A stretch of 64,000 nt of DNA from Bacteroidales bacterium (GTDB lineage: Bacteria > Bacteroidota > Bacteroidia > Bacteroidales > UBA12077), in assembly GCA_018334675.1 (NCBI GenBank), contig JAGXLL010000007.1, forward strand, positions 137-64,136, in the 5' to 3' direction. Each line of letters starts with the position of its first letter. Within the stretch, counting starts at the first letter, position 1. Shown here piece by piece: positions 9,108 to 17,672 of the stretch. The position numbers and the translations under genes are program-made. A model generated the notes under the pieces. The model did no database searches. It was not told where the DNA came from and was given only the letters and a program-made list of their open reading frames with translations.

Positions 9108-10850
9108 TTATTTCAGCCTGACCAGCACGTCTCCCCGGTCAACAAACTCGCCTTGCTCTATAAAGATGTCCGCTACTTCACCTTCATATTCTGAGTTGAT
9201 CTCGTTGAAGGTGTTGTTGGATTCGATGTAGCAGATCCTGTCGCCTTTATTGATATGTGTGCCGGCTTCAATGGCCCTTTCGTGTACGTAATAGTTGATG
9301 TTGAAGAGGATTCTGCCGGTTGAAGGAGAGGTGATGTCTTTTTTAGACGGGTCTTTCTGTACCGCCTTCTTATCGGAGCCGTTTTGTTTTTCTTTACGCA
9401 GCTTGTTCAGCTCATCCTGAAATCTCTTCTTGGCTGCTCCGGATTTATAATCTCTGTATTGCCTTTCGTGCATGGCGAACTCGAAGAGTTCCTCATTGTC
9501 AGGTCCGAAGTCCCAGCCGTTCTCTTCCATCTCCTTTTTGTACTTATCCAACTCATCCGGGTAATTATCCTGGGGCACTCCTTCATAAAACTCTTTACCC
9601 TGCTTTTCAGCCAGTTCGACCACTTCGGGAGCGAGCTTGCCGGGTAGTTTGCCGGCTTTGCCCAGGATCATATCCCAGGCGTTGTTGTCGATCATCTGGA
9701 ACTTAGGTTTGTCCTGAATTTCCTGCATCACATTGAGCAGGGCGATATTTTTCACATACTGGCTGAAGGGGGTTACCAGCGGGGGATGGCCTAATTTGGG
9801 CCATATATCCTTGACCTCATCGAAAAGTTTGACCAGCAGTTCATCTTCGGTAAGTTCTTTTTCCCCTTTCGCCTGTAAGGTCTGGTTTAATCCCTGTTGC
9901 ACGTTTTTCAGATCGGCCATCATACTGCCCATCATGCCACCCGGCAGGCCTACCTGCACCAGCAGCGATGACATATACCTGTTTCTGGGGTTGATGAAAT
10001 AACCCAGGAAGCCGTCGATGAACTCCTGACTTAATGCCCGGGCTTTCATATAAGCTTTCATATTGATTTCCGGTACTTTGAAACCGGCATCTTTCAGCAT
10101 GGCCTGGATGGTGATCACATCGGGATGGACCATCCCCCAGGAAAGGGGCTCCATGGCCACATCTATATAATCGGCGCCGGCCCGTGCTACTTCAAGCATA
10201 GAGGCAACAGAAAAGCCGGGTCCGCTATGGCCGTGGTACTGAATCACCAAGTGGGGATGTTTCTCCTTAATCCTTCTCACCAGGTTGCCCAGAGTGACAG
10301 GTCTTCCCACACCTGCCATGTCCTTCAGGCAGATCTCATCGGTGCCATATTCCACGGCTTTGTCTACAACACCCATGTAATAATCGATGGTGTGTATCTC
10401 AGAGTGGGTGATGCTGAGGGTGGCTTGCGAGATCATCCCCGCTTCTTTGGCATATTTGATGGAAAGCTCCAGGTTTCGGTGATCGTTCAGTCCGCAGAAT
10501 GAACGTGCAATATCCACTCCCTGGGCTTTTTTGACCTTGAACATCAGCCGGCGCACATCGGCCGGTACAGGATACATCCTTATCCCATTAAGCGCCCGCT
10601 CCAGCATATGAGTCTGGATCCCCGCATCATTGAACGGCTGAGTCCATTCCCTGACGGCTTTGTTGGGATTTTCCCCATACAAAAGGTTAACCTGCTCGAA
10701 AGCTCCGCCATTGGTCTCTACCCGGGAAAAACAACCCATGTCTACAATCACAGGCGCAATCTGCTTTAGTTGATCCACACGCGGCACATACTTGCCGCTG
10801 GATTGCCACATGTCTCGGTATAACAGACTGAATTTTATCTCCTTTTGCAT
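9108..10850 (-). CDS. Oxaloacetate decarboxylase alpha / pyruvate carboxylase subunit B-like carboxyltransferase with C-terminal biotinyl-like domain lacking the biotinyl lysine
   Basis: 580 aa. HMGL-like carboxyltransferase motifs: CLKDMAGVG (carbamyl-Lys position) and QYHGHSGPG (HxH). C-terminal hammerhead-like domain ITSPSTGRI..GDRICYIESNNTFNEI..GDVLVRLK, where the canonical E-A-M-K-M reads E-S-N-N-T. Confidence 0.8.
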   Translation of the reverse strand: MQKEIKFSLLYRDMWQSSGKYVPRVDQLKQIAPVIVDMGCFSRVETNGGAFEQVNLLYGENPNKAVREWTQPFNDAGIQTHMLERALNGIRMYPVPADVRRLMFKVKKAQGVDIARSFCGLNDHRNLELSIKYAKEAGMISQATLSITHSEIHTIDYYMGVVDKAVEYGTDEICLKDMAGVGRPVTLGNLVRRIKEKHPHLVIQYHGHSGPGFSVASMLEVARAGADYIDVAMEPLSWGMVHPDVITIQAMLKDAGFKVPEINMKAYMKARALSQEFIDGFLGYFINPRNRYMSSLLVQVGLPGGMMGSMMADLKNVQQGLNQTLQAKGEKELTEDELLVKLFDEVKDIWPKLGHPPLVTPFSQYVKNIALLNVMQEIQDKPKFQMIDNNAWDMILGKAGKLPGKLAPEVVELAEKQGKEFYEGVPQDNYPDELDKYKKEMEENGWDFGPDNEELFEFAMHERQYRDYKSGAAKKRFQDELNKLRKEKQNGSDKKAVQKDPSKKDITSPSTGRILFNINYYVHERAIEAGTHINKGDRICYIESNNTFNEINSEYEGEVADIFIEQGEFVDRGDVLVRLK

Positions 10851-10882
10851 ATTTCCTGCTCTGCTTTGTTATGATTTTCTGT

Positions 10883-10913
10883 CAAAAATGAAATAACCTC
10901 TAAACAGCCCAAA
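10883..10913 (-). promoter_or_regulatory. Putative Bacteroidota sigma-A promoter for the carboxyltransferase gene
   Basis: On the minus strand: TTTG (10913..10910), a 19-nt spacer, then CATTTTTG (10890..10883). The -7 box has one mismatch to TAnnTTTG. It sits ~33 nt upstream of the ATG. Confidence 0.4.
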
Positions 10914-11220
10914 TTTGCGAAGAAAAATGGATATTTGGTGAATATTCTGCAACATAATTTGTCTGTAATTCTTTTAACCAGGCCTGGAGTCTAAGGCCTG
11001 GAAGAGGTGATTTATATCATCCCTTCCAACGTGCCTGTAGTATTTATTATTTCCCGTATATTCAATGCCTTGAACTTTTTTTGGAAAAAAAGAAAAAATA
11101 TAATATTTTTAACAACAAAATCGGAATTGTATCGTTTAATTATTGCAGATACAATTTCCCGTAATCTGTATTTATTGGGTTTAGTTTTCAACACACTTAG
11201 GGTTAGTAAGTGGGTATTAC

Positions 11221-11258
11221 AAAGAGAGCCAGAAACCGGAAGGTTTCTGGCTCTCTTT
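11221..11258. terminator. Perfect 17-bp hairpin (possible terminator of the DUF3078-like gene or of an intergenic transcript)
   Basis: AAAGAGAGCCAGAAACC-ggaa-GGTTTCTGGCTCTCTTT. The symmetric A/T ends mean it could act on either strand. There is no long U tract beyond the stem. Confidence 0.45.
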
Positions 11259-11295
11259 CATTGTGCGCCAAATATGCGTTTAATATGGTTTAATA

Positions 11296-11391
11296 AGCGC
11301 TGCGCTAAGCGTAGAAGCGTGTTCGCCAGCGGTCACTCACCAGCGCTTAGCGCTGCGCTAAGCGCTATGAAAATCTAAGCGCTATGAAAAT
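11296..11391. repeat. Cluster of AGCGCT/GCGCTAAGCG palindromic and tandem repeats
   Basis: AGCGCTGCGCTAAGCG occurs at 11296-11311 and 11349-11364. AGCGCTTAGCGC-T-GCGCTAAGCGCT is a 12-bp palindrome (11342-11366). There is a 17-nt tandem duplication, CTAAGCGCTATGAAAAT x2 (11358-11391). Confidence 0.85.
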
Positions 11392-11394
11392 GCA

Positions 11395-13086
11395 CTAAAA
11401 CCTATACTGCATGCCCACACTGAGGTTTTCTTTGAACTGGATTTTTTTGCTTACATCCCGGTCGTAAACCAGATGGGCATTGATGTTGGTGGTGATCAAC
11501 CGGTTGATCTTCATGTTCAGGGTCAACTCGTAGTCCACGTCCAAGGCTTCGCGTTTGCCCAGGTAATTGATAAACAGGTTGACTTTGTTTTTTATGTTGA
11601 TGCGCTCGGAGAAATTGAAGGAAAAGATCGATTTGACATAGGCACCCAATTCTATTTTAGACTTTTTGGACTTGGGGATACCGAAATTGGTTTGATCGAA
11701 GCGTGCTGTATCCCTCATCATTGTGAACTTGGAGGAGATGGGTGAAAGCAGCAACGTTAATTTATTGCTGGGCTTGTAATCCATACCTACCGAGAAGACC
11801 AAATAGGAGGGTGCCAGGAAACCGGAGATGGCGGTGCGGTCATCTTGACCGGAATACTTGTATCCGTTGAAAAACTGAGTCTGGAAGTTGAGCAGGGTAC
11901 TATAGTACCAGTTTTTTATAGCATTGGAACCAAACTTAGAGTTAAGTTCCAGTTTGTCTTCATTCTTCCGGACGCTTTTATCACCCGATTTCAGCAAACC
12001 TATCTTGTATTCCACGTCGTTGTCCCAGATGGTTTTGCCTTTTTTGTAATCGGCACTATACCGGAGGGTCCAAAGGGTACTGAGCGAACTTTCTCCGCCG
12101 CGTGACCAGTTGGACAGGTAGCCCTGGTTAAAATGCGCCTTACCCAGGCCGTCAATATCCCATTGGGGAAAGACCATGTTGATCTCTTCCTGTTTTTGCA
12201 GGCCCACTTCATCCAGTGTGATGGGTAAATATTCGCGCAGCGTTTGCTGAGTGGTAACTTCCTCTATCCGAACATCTTCGACAAAGGAGAGCCGGATGGA
12301 TTTTTTGTTACGGGGATGAATCCAGATGCCTGCCGGATAATCCTTATCGTCATAAAGCAGGAAACGACTGGAATCTTGTGGATTTTTTGTAAGCCACAGG
12401 TGGCTCGAATCCATGGATCTGTTGTAGATCGTGAACTTGATGGAATCGCGGTAGGTTTTTTGCCAGATGTAATCCAGGTAATGATTCAGGGAGTCGTTTA
12501 CCGCCTGCTGGTTGGTATCGGCAATGAACCGGGTGGTTGTATCCTCAAGCATCAGTCCCTCCATAAAATTGATGGTCGAATCTACCGGATGGCTTTTGGC
12601 ATAGTGCAGAAAATGCTGAAACATCTTCCGGGTGGTATCGGCAAGCAATGTGGAAGTGTCCTGCACGGCATGTTTCAGAAGGTAGGAAATGGCACTGTCC
12701 AACTTTGTTTCAGGCCGGGGTGTAAATACATCCAGCATATACCGGGTGATGGTGTCGCGTTGGGTGACGACCACCGTATCCCTGACCACCACTTTTACTG
12801 TATCTTTCATCTTTCTGCGGAAAAGAGAATCCGAGATACCTGTTTGCTGGCCGGGAGCAACTGTGTCCGGGGCCTGTTCTGTCCGGGCTGTGTCCACCTT
12901 GCTGGAATCCCTTATGCTGTCTGTTGCCCCGGGAGGCACCTCATGCCGTGAAGTGCCGGTCTCGTCTGGGTGCCGAAAGAGGGAGATGGTGTCACTGGTT
13001 AATGTGTCGGAAACCTGTCCATAGGAGTGAAATACTAAAAAAATACCAATTAATCCAACCACAATCGTTCTTATCTTCATCGGCAA
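11395..13086 (-). CDS. Secreted protein with C-terminal outer-membrane beta-barrel-like region (resembles DUF3078 family)
   Basis: 563 aa. Signal-like N-terminus IVVGLIGIFLVFHSYGQ. The C-terminal half has alternating amphipathic strands and ends ..NLSVGMQYRF (aromatic terminal residue). KNEDKLELNSKFG..WYYSTLLNFQTQFFNGYKY resembles DUF3078, from memory. Confidence 0.75.
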   Translation of the reverse strand: MPMKIRTIVVGLIGIFLVFHSYGQVSDTLTSDTISLFRHPDETGTSRHEVPPGATDSIRDSSKVDTARTEQAPDTVAPGQQTGISDSLFRRKMKDTVKVVVRDTVVVTQRDTITRYMLDVFTPRPETKLDSAISYLLKHAVQDTSTLLADTTRKMFQHFLHYAKSHPVDSTINFMEGLMLEDTTTRFIADTNQQAVNDSLNHYLDYIWQKTYRDSIKFTIYNRSMDSSHLWLTKNPQDSSRFLLYDDKDYPAGIWIHPRNKKSIRLSFVEDVRIEEVTTQQTLREYLPITLDEVGLQKQEEINMVFPQWDIDGLGKAHFNQGYLSNWSRGGESSLSTLWTLRYSADYKKGKTIWDNDVEYKIGLLKSGDKSVRKNEDKLELNSKFGSNAIKNWYYSTLLNFQTQFFNGYKYSGQDDRTAISGFLAPSYLVFSVGMDYKPSNKLTLLLSPISSKFTMMRDTARFDQTNFGIPKSKKSKIELGAYVKSIFSFNFSERINIKNKVNLFINYLGKREALDVDYELTLNMKINRLITTNINAHLVYDRDVSKKIQFKENLSVGMQYRF

Positions 13087-13140
13087 AAAATTTTCTCAAT
13101 AAATTCGGCTGAAAATTTATTTCAATTTTTTATAAAATAA

Positions 13141-13148
13141 TAATTTTG
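13141..13148 (+). promoter_or_regulatory. Candidate -7 box (TAATTTTG) upstream of tnaA
   Basis: Exact TAnnTTTG match ~170 nt upstream of the tnaA ATG. No clean -33 TTTG at the expected spacing. Confidence 0.3.
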
Positions 13149-13314
13149 CAGGAAAAATCGGAGATGATTAGCTTCTATATCCTTGAGCATATAGCGAGAA
13201 CACGCTATCTTAATATTAAGCGAAGGGACAACTACCCCAAATATTGAGCCCATTCTACCCCCTCTGTTTATTTTATATTTTATTCAACGGAAGTCTAACT
13301 GAAATGGATTCGTT

Positions 13315-14691
13315 ATGAAACTACCTTTTGCAGAATCCTATAAGATCAAGATGGTTGAAAACCTTCGCAGAAGTACACGGGAAGAGCGTGAACAATGGAT
13401 TAAAGAAGCACGATATAATCTTTTTAACCTGCGCAGTGACCGGGTATTTATTGATTTGCTTACCGATTCGGGAACGGGAGCCATGAGTGACCAGCAGTGG
13501 TCAGCCATGATGTTGGGGGATGAGAGTTATGCAGGAGCTTCCTCCTATTATAAGATGAAGGAGGCCATTCGGGATATACTGGGGTTCCCGTATTTCCTGC
13601 CCACGCATCAAGGCCGTGCGGCCGAGAACGTGCTTTTTTCCGTATTGGTGAAGGATGGAGACGTGGTGCCCGGCAACAGCCATTTTGACACTACCAAGGG
13701 CCATATTGAGTTTCGAAAAGCCTGTGCAGTAGATTGCACCATTGATGAGGCTTTTGATACACAGGTCGAGCATCCCTTCAAAGGCAACCTCGACCTGGAC
13801 AAGCTGGAAGATGTATTGAAATCCCATCCGGCAAGCCGTATTCCCTTTGTTGTGGTGACATTGACCTGTAATTCATCGGGTGGCCAGCCCGTATCGATGC
13901 GCAACCTAAAGGATGTGCATGCTATGGCACAGAACTATGGTGTACGGGTGTTGTTCGATTCGGCCCGTTTTGCAGAGAATGCTTATTTTATAAAAAAGCG
14001 GGAAGAAGGATATCAGGATAAGGAGATCCGGGAGATTGTGCGGGAGATGTTTGAGTATGCCGATATGATGACCATGAGCAGCAAGAAGGACGCCATTGTC
14101 AACATCGGCGGGTTCATTGGTTTGAAGGAAGAGAAGCTGTTCCGGGAGGCCAGTACATACAACATTATGTTTGAAGGATATATCACGTATGGTGGCATGT
14201 CGGGCCGGGATATGAATGCCCTGGCGCAGGGCTTGTATGAAGGTACCCATTTCGATTATCTGGATGCCCGCATCCGTCAGGTGGCCTACCTGGGTAGCCG
14301 TCTTGAGGCGTTTGGCATACCTGTGCAGAAGCCTTTTGGCGGCCATGCCATTTTTGTAGATGCCAATAAGTTCCTGCCGGAGCTGCCCAGGGAGCAATTC
14401 CGGGCCCAAACGCTTGCTGTGGAGCTTTATCTTGAGGCAGGTGTCAGAGCCGTTGAAATTGGCACCCTTTTGGCCGACCGCGATCCCCAGACCCGGGAAA
14501 ACCGTTATCCTGAGCTGGAGCTGTTGAGGCTTACCATTCCCCGGAGGGTGTATACCAATAACCATATGGAACTGGTAGCCACAGCCTTGAAGAATGTCTA
14601 TGACCGCAGGAATGATATTTCCAGCGGACTGAAAATAATAAACGAAGCCCCCATCATGAGGCATTTCACCGTTGAGCTGGAAAAGGTTTGA
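13315..14691 (+). CDS. tnaA: Tryptophanase (beta-eliminating lyase family; closer to TnaA than to tyrosine phenol-lyase)
   Basis: 458 aa. IDLLTDSGTGAMS, PTHQGRAAE, FDTTKGH, DSARFAENAYFIK, PLP-lysine region MSSKKDAIVNIGG, LELLRLTIPRRVYT, C-terminal MRHFTVELEKV. FDTTxGH and DSARFAENAYFIK match E. coli TnaA better than Citrobacter Tpl. Confidence 0.85.
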   Translation: MKLPFAESYKIKMVENLRRSTREEREQWIKEARYNLFNLRSDRVFIDLLTDSGTGAMSDQQWSAMMLGDESYAGASSYYKMKEAIRDILGFPYFLPTHQGRAAENVLFSVLVKDGDVVPGNSHFDTTKGHIEFRKACAVDCTIDEAFDTQVEHPFKGNLDLDKLEDVLKSHPASRIPFVVVTLTCNSSGGQPVSMRNLKDVHAMAQNYGVRVLFDSARFAENAYFIKKREEGYQDKEIREIVREMFEYADMMTMSSKKDAIVNIGGFIGLKEEKLFREASTYNIMFEGYITYGGMSGRDMNALAQGLYEGTHFDYLDARIRQVAYLGSRLEAFGIPVQKPFGGHAIFVDANKFLPELPREQFRAQTLAVELYLEAGVRAVEIGTLLADRDPQTRENRYPELELLRLTIPRRVYTNNHMELVATALKNVYDRRNDISSGLKIINEAPIMRHFTVELEKV

Positions 14692-14789
14692 TCGGTTTGA
14701 TTGACTGTTTTTGGAGTTAGTAATAATAGAGCATAAATCAAACAAAAGGTGGTGGATGGGTGTATAGGGAAGAAACCACCTAATAGCCA

Positions 14790-16133
14790 ATGCAAGATCT
14801 AACCAAAGGAAAAGAGGGGAAGCTCATACTGAGGTTTGCCTTACCCATGCTTCTTGGAAATGTTTTTCACCAGTTGTACAATGTTGTAGACAGTGTGATA
14901 GTTGGGAATTTCATTGGCAAAGAAGCATTGGCTGCGGTGGGGGCTTCGTTTCCCGTTATTTTTGTGTTTTTTGCTCTTGTCCTGGGCATAACTTCCGGCT
15001 CTACTGTGGTTATTGCCCAGCATTTCGGAGCGGGAGATACCCGGCGGGTGAAACGAACCATCGATACCCTTTTCATATTTTTGTTTTTTGCTTCCATTGT
15101 GGTGAGCATACTGGGTATTGTCTTCAGCAGGGAGATATTTTTGCTTTTGCGCCTGCCTCAGGAGGTCATCCCCCTGGCAGAGGAGTATCTGAAGATATTC
15201 TTTGGCGGAGTAATCGCTTTCTTTGGTTTTATGGGTACCAGTGCCGCCTTAAGGGGGCTGGGTGATTCCCGCACTCCTCTTTATTTCCTTATTATTTCCA
15301 CCATATTCAACATCGGTTTTGATTTGCTTTTTGTGGTGGTATTCGGCTGGGGCATCAAAGGTGTGGCAATAGCTTCGGTGCTTGCTCAGGGAGGAGCCTT
15401 TGTAACAGCGATCTTATATCTGAACCGAACCCACCAGGTAATTCGATTTTCCCTAACCCGGTTGTCTTTTGACAGGGAGCTCTTTGGTAAGAGCATGCGC
15501 ATTGGGGTTCCCACGGGCATTCAGCAAACTGCCGTTGCCATGGGGATGATGGCACTGGTTTGGATCGTGAATGATTTTGGTACCAACGTGATTGCTGCCT
15601 ACAGTGTAGCGGCCCGCGTTAATTCCCTGGCCACCCTCCCTGCCATGAATTTTGGAAACGCCCTGGCTACCTTTGTGGGCCAGAATCTGGGTGCTCGTAA
15701 AGAATTGAGGGTTAAAACCGGATTCAGGGCTACCCTGGTCATGTCATCCATGGTGTCGCTGAGCGTCACCCTGCTGGTGACCTTCTTCGGTGCATTCATC
15801 ATGAACCTGTTCACCGATGATCCGGCGGTCATTCATATCGGTCAGCAATACCTGGCTATTGTAGGCTCTTTCTACATTGTCTTTTCCGCTCTTTTCTCCA
15901 CTTCAGGCGTGCTCAGAGGGGCAGGAGCCACCATTGTGCCCATGATCACCACTATTCTCTCCCTGTGGGTGATACGTATACCCAGTGCCTATCTGCTTTC
16001 CCAGAACTTCGGACCGGTGGGTATATGGTGGGCTATTCCCCTGGGATGGGTCATAGGACTGGTTATGGCTTATGGATATTACATGACTGGCAGGTGGAAA
16101 CAAAAAGTGGTGGTGGCCAATAGCCCTTCCTGA
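14790..16133 (+). CDS. MATE family efflux transporter
   Basis: 447 aa, about 12 predicted TM helices. N-terminus ILRFALPMLLGNVFHQLYNVVDSVIVGNFIGKEALAAVG is the typical MatE signature. Confidence 0.9.
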   Translation: MQDLTKGKEGKLILRFALPMLLGNVFHQLYNVVDSVIVGNFIGKEALAAVGASFPVIFVFFALVLGITSGSTVVIAQHFGAGDTRRVKRTIDTLFIFLFFASIVVSILGIVFSREIFLLLRLPQEVIPLAEEYLKIFFGGVIAFFGFMGTSAALRGLGDSRTPLYFLIISTIFNIGFDLLFVVVFGWGIKGVAIASVLAQGGAFVTAILYLNRTHQVIRFSLTRLSFDRELFGKSMRIGVPTGIQQTAVAMGMMALVWIVNDFGTNVIAAYSVAARVNSLATLPAMNFGNALATFVGQNLGARKELRVKTGFRATLVMSSMVSLSVTLLVTFFGAFIMNLFTDDPAVIHIGQQYLAIVGSFYIVFSALFSTSGVLRGAGATIVPMITTILSLWVIRIPSAYLLSQNFGPVGIWWAIPLGWVIGLVMAYGYYMTGRWKQKVVVANSPS

Positions 16134-16158
16134 TGATTGGTTATTAGAAGGATTATTG

Positions 16159-16166
16159 TACCTTTG
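16159..16166 (+). promoter_or_regulatory. Candidate -7 box (TACCTTTG) for yicC-gmk-nadD
   Basis: Exact TAnnTTTG 23 nt upstream of the ATG at 16189. Only a partial -33 (aTTG), 19 nt upstream. Its position inside the longer 16156 ORF supports the 16189 start. Confidence 0.35.
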
Positions 16167-16188
16167 CAGCAAAATCAAACCTATAACT

Positions 16189-17064
16189 ATGTTACAGTCC
16201 ATGACCGGTTATGGTAAGGCGGAAGGGAGCTACCTGAACAAAAATATAACCATCGAGATACGGGCATTAAACAGCAAGCAGAGCGATATCAACCTCAAGC
16301 TTCCTTCTGCCCTGAAGGAAAAAGAGATTGAACTGCGGAAAAGGGTCGGGGAGTATCTGGGACGCGGCAAAATCAGCGGCCTGGTTTTATACGAGGTTAC
16401 CGGCCAGGACCAGGCAGCCACCCTGAATCAGGCCGTGATTAAAAATTATATCAAACAGATCAAACGCATCTCCGATGATCAGCGCATCAACTTCGATTCC
16501 AGGCTTTTGCAAACAGCTCTGCAAATGCCGGAAGCTTTTGAAAAAGAAGAAGAGGAGCTCAGGCAGGAGGAATGGAACGTGGTTTGGCAAACCATGGAAG
16601 AAGCCCTTCAGGAAGTAATACGTTTCCGGGAGCAGGAAGGACAAGCCATTGAGAACGATTTCCGCGGGCGGATCGAGGCCCTCAGGAATTTTCTTCAGCA
16701 GATCGATCCCCATGATAAAGCCCGGGTGGAGAGGATCCGCGAAAAGCTCCAGGAGAAGCTCAAAGCCTATCGCAACAACTTTGAGGTCGATCAGAACCGC
16801 TTTGAACAGGAATTGGTGTACTATCTTGAAAAGCTGGATATCACAGAAGAGAAAGTGCGACTGGAAAATCACTTTTCCTATTTCCTGGAATTGCTTTCAC
16901 AGCAGGAGCCCGTTGGGAAGAAGCTCAATTTCCTTACTCAGGAAATAGGCCGGGAGATCAACACCATCGGATCAAAATCCAATGATTATGAGATGCAACG
17001 GCTGGTGGTACAAATGAAGGATGAACTGGAAAAGATCCGGGAACAGGTCATGAATGTATTATAA
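16189..17064 (+). CDS. yicC: YicC family stress-induced protein
   Basis: Starts MLQSMTGYGKAEG (the family usually starts MxxSMTGFG). C-terminal YicC-like motif FLTQEIGREINTIGSKSND. The start is trimmed from the 16156 ORF. Confidence 0.85.
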   Translation: MLQSMTGYGKAEGSYLNKNITIEIRALNSKQSDINLKLPSALKEKEIELRKRVGEYLGRGKISGLVLYEVTGQDQAATLNQAVIKNYIKQIKRISDDQRINFDSRLLQTALQMPEAFEKEEEELRQEEWNVVWQTMEEALQEVIRFREQEGQAIENDFRGRIEALRNFLQQIDPHDKARVERIREKLQEKLKAYRNNFEVDQNRFEQELVYYLEKLDITEEKVRLENHFSYFLELLSQQEPVGKKLNFLTQEIGREINTIGSKSNDYEMQRLVVQMKDELEKIREQVMNVL

Positions 17065-17080
17065 ATCTTGTATCTGAGCT

Positions 17081-17659
17081 ATGGTATATAGGAAAAAAGG
17101 CAAGCTGGTGATCTTTTCAGCCCCTTCCGGTTCAGGTAAGACCACCCTCGTCCAGCGCCTGCTCAAGAAAGATCTGAACCTGGAATTTTCGATATCCGCC
17201 TGCAGCCGTCCTAAACGTAAAGGAGAGGAGCATGGCCGGGATTATTATTTCCTTTCTCAGGAGGAATTCCTGCGGAAGATCAAGGAAGGGGAGTTTGTTG
17301 AGTGGGAAGAGGTATACAAAGATCATTTCTATGGAACCCTGCGCAGTGAGGTTGAACGCATCCGCAACCAGGGGAAAAATGTCATCTTTGATATTGATGT
17401 ACAGGGTGGGTTGAACCTAAAGAAGAACTTTGGGGGTGAGGCGCTGGCCATCTTCGTGATGCCTCCCTCCCTGGAAGAGCTGGAAAAGCGATTGAAGCGC
17501 CGTTCAACCGATGATCCCGAGAAAATCAACCTGCGTATTCTTAAAGCCGAATCCGAACTTAAATATGCCGAGCTTTTCGACCGCATCATATACAATACGG
17601 ATTTGGAGAAGGCGGTGAGCGAGGCGGAAAATATGGTGGCTGAATTCATTCAAAGTTAA
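17081..17659 (+). CDS. gmk: Guanylate kinase
   Basis: 192 aa. P-loop SAPSGSGKTT, with ..GRDYYFLSQEEF.. and ..EWEEVYKDHFYGT.. Confidence 0.92.
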   Translation: MVYRKKGKLVIFSAPSGSGKTTLVQRLLKKDLNLEFSISACSRPKRKGEEHGRDYYFLSQEEFLRKIKEGEFVEWEEVYKDHFYGTLRSEVERIRNQGKNVIFDIDVQGGLNLKKNFGGEALAIFVMPPSLEELEKRLKRRSTDDPEKINLRILKAESELKYAELFDRIIYNTDLEKAVSEAENMVAEFIQS

Positions 17660-17672
17660 TTCATTGTTTTTC

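Noticed and set aside
11007-11378. 123-aa (+) and 60-aa (-) ORFs in the large intergenic gap.
   Set aside because: They are A/T-rich and low-complexity, with no start context. They run across the hairpins and GCGCTAAGCG repeats. I treat them as non-coding.
16156-16188. Longer N-termini offered by the ORF track for yicC (16156), the TPR protein (58073), rpsU (29497), nadD (17664) and the NSS transporter (27025).
   Set aside because: Family-typical N-termini or signal peptides begin at internal ATGs. The extensions overlap promoter or SD elements, or use non-ATG codons.
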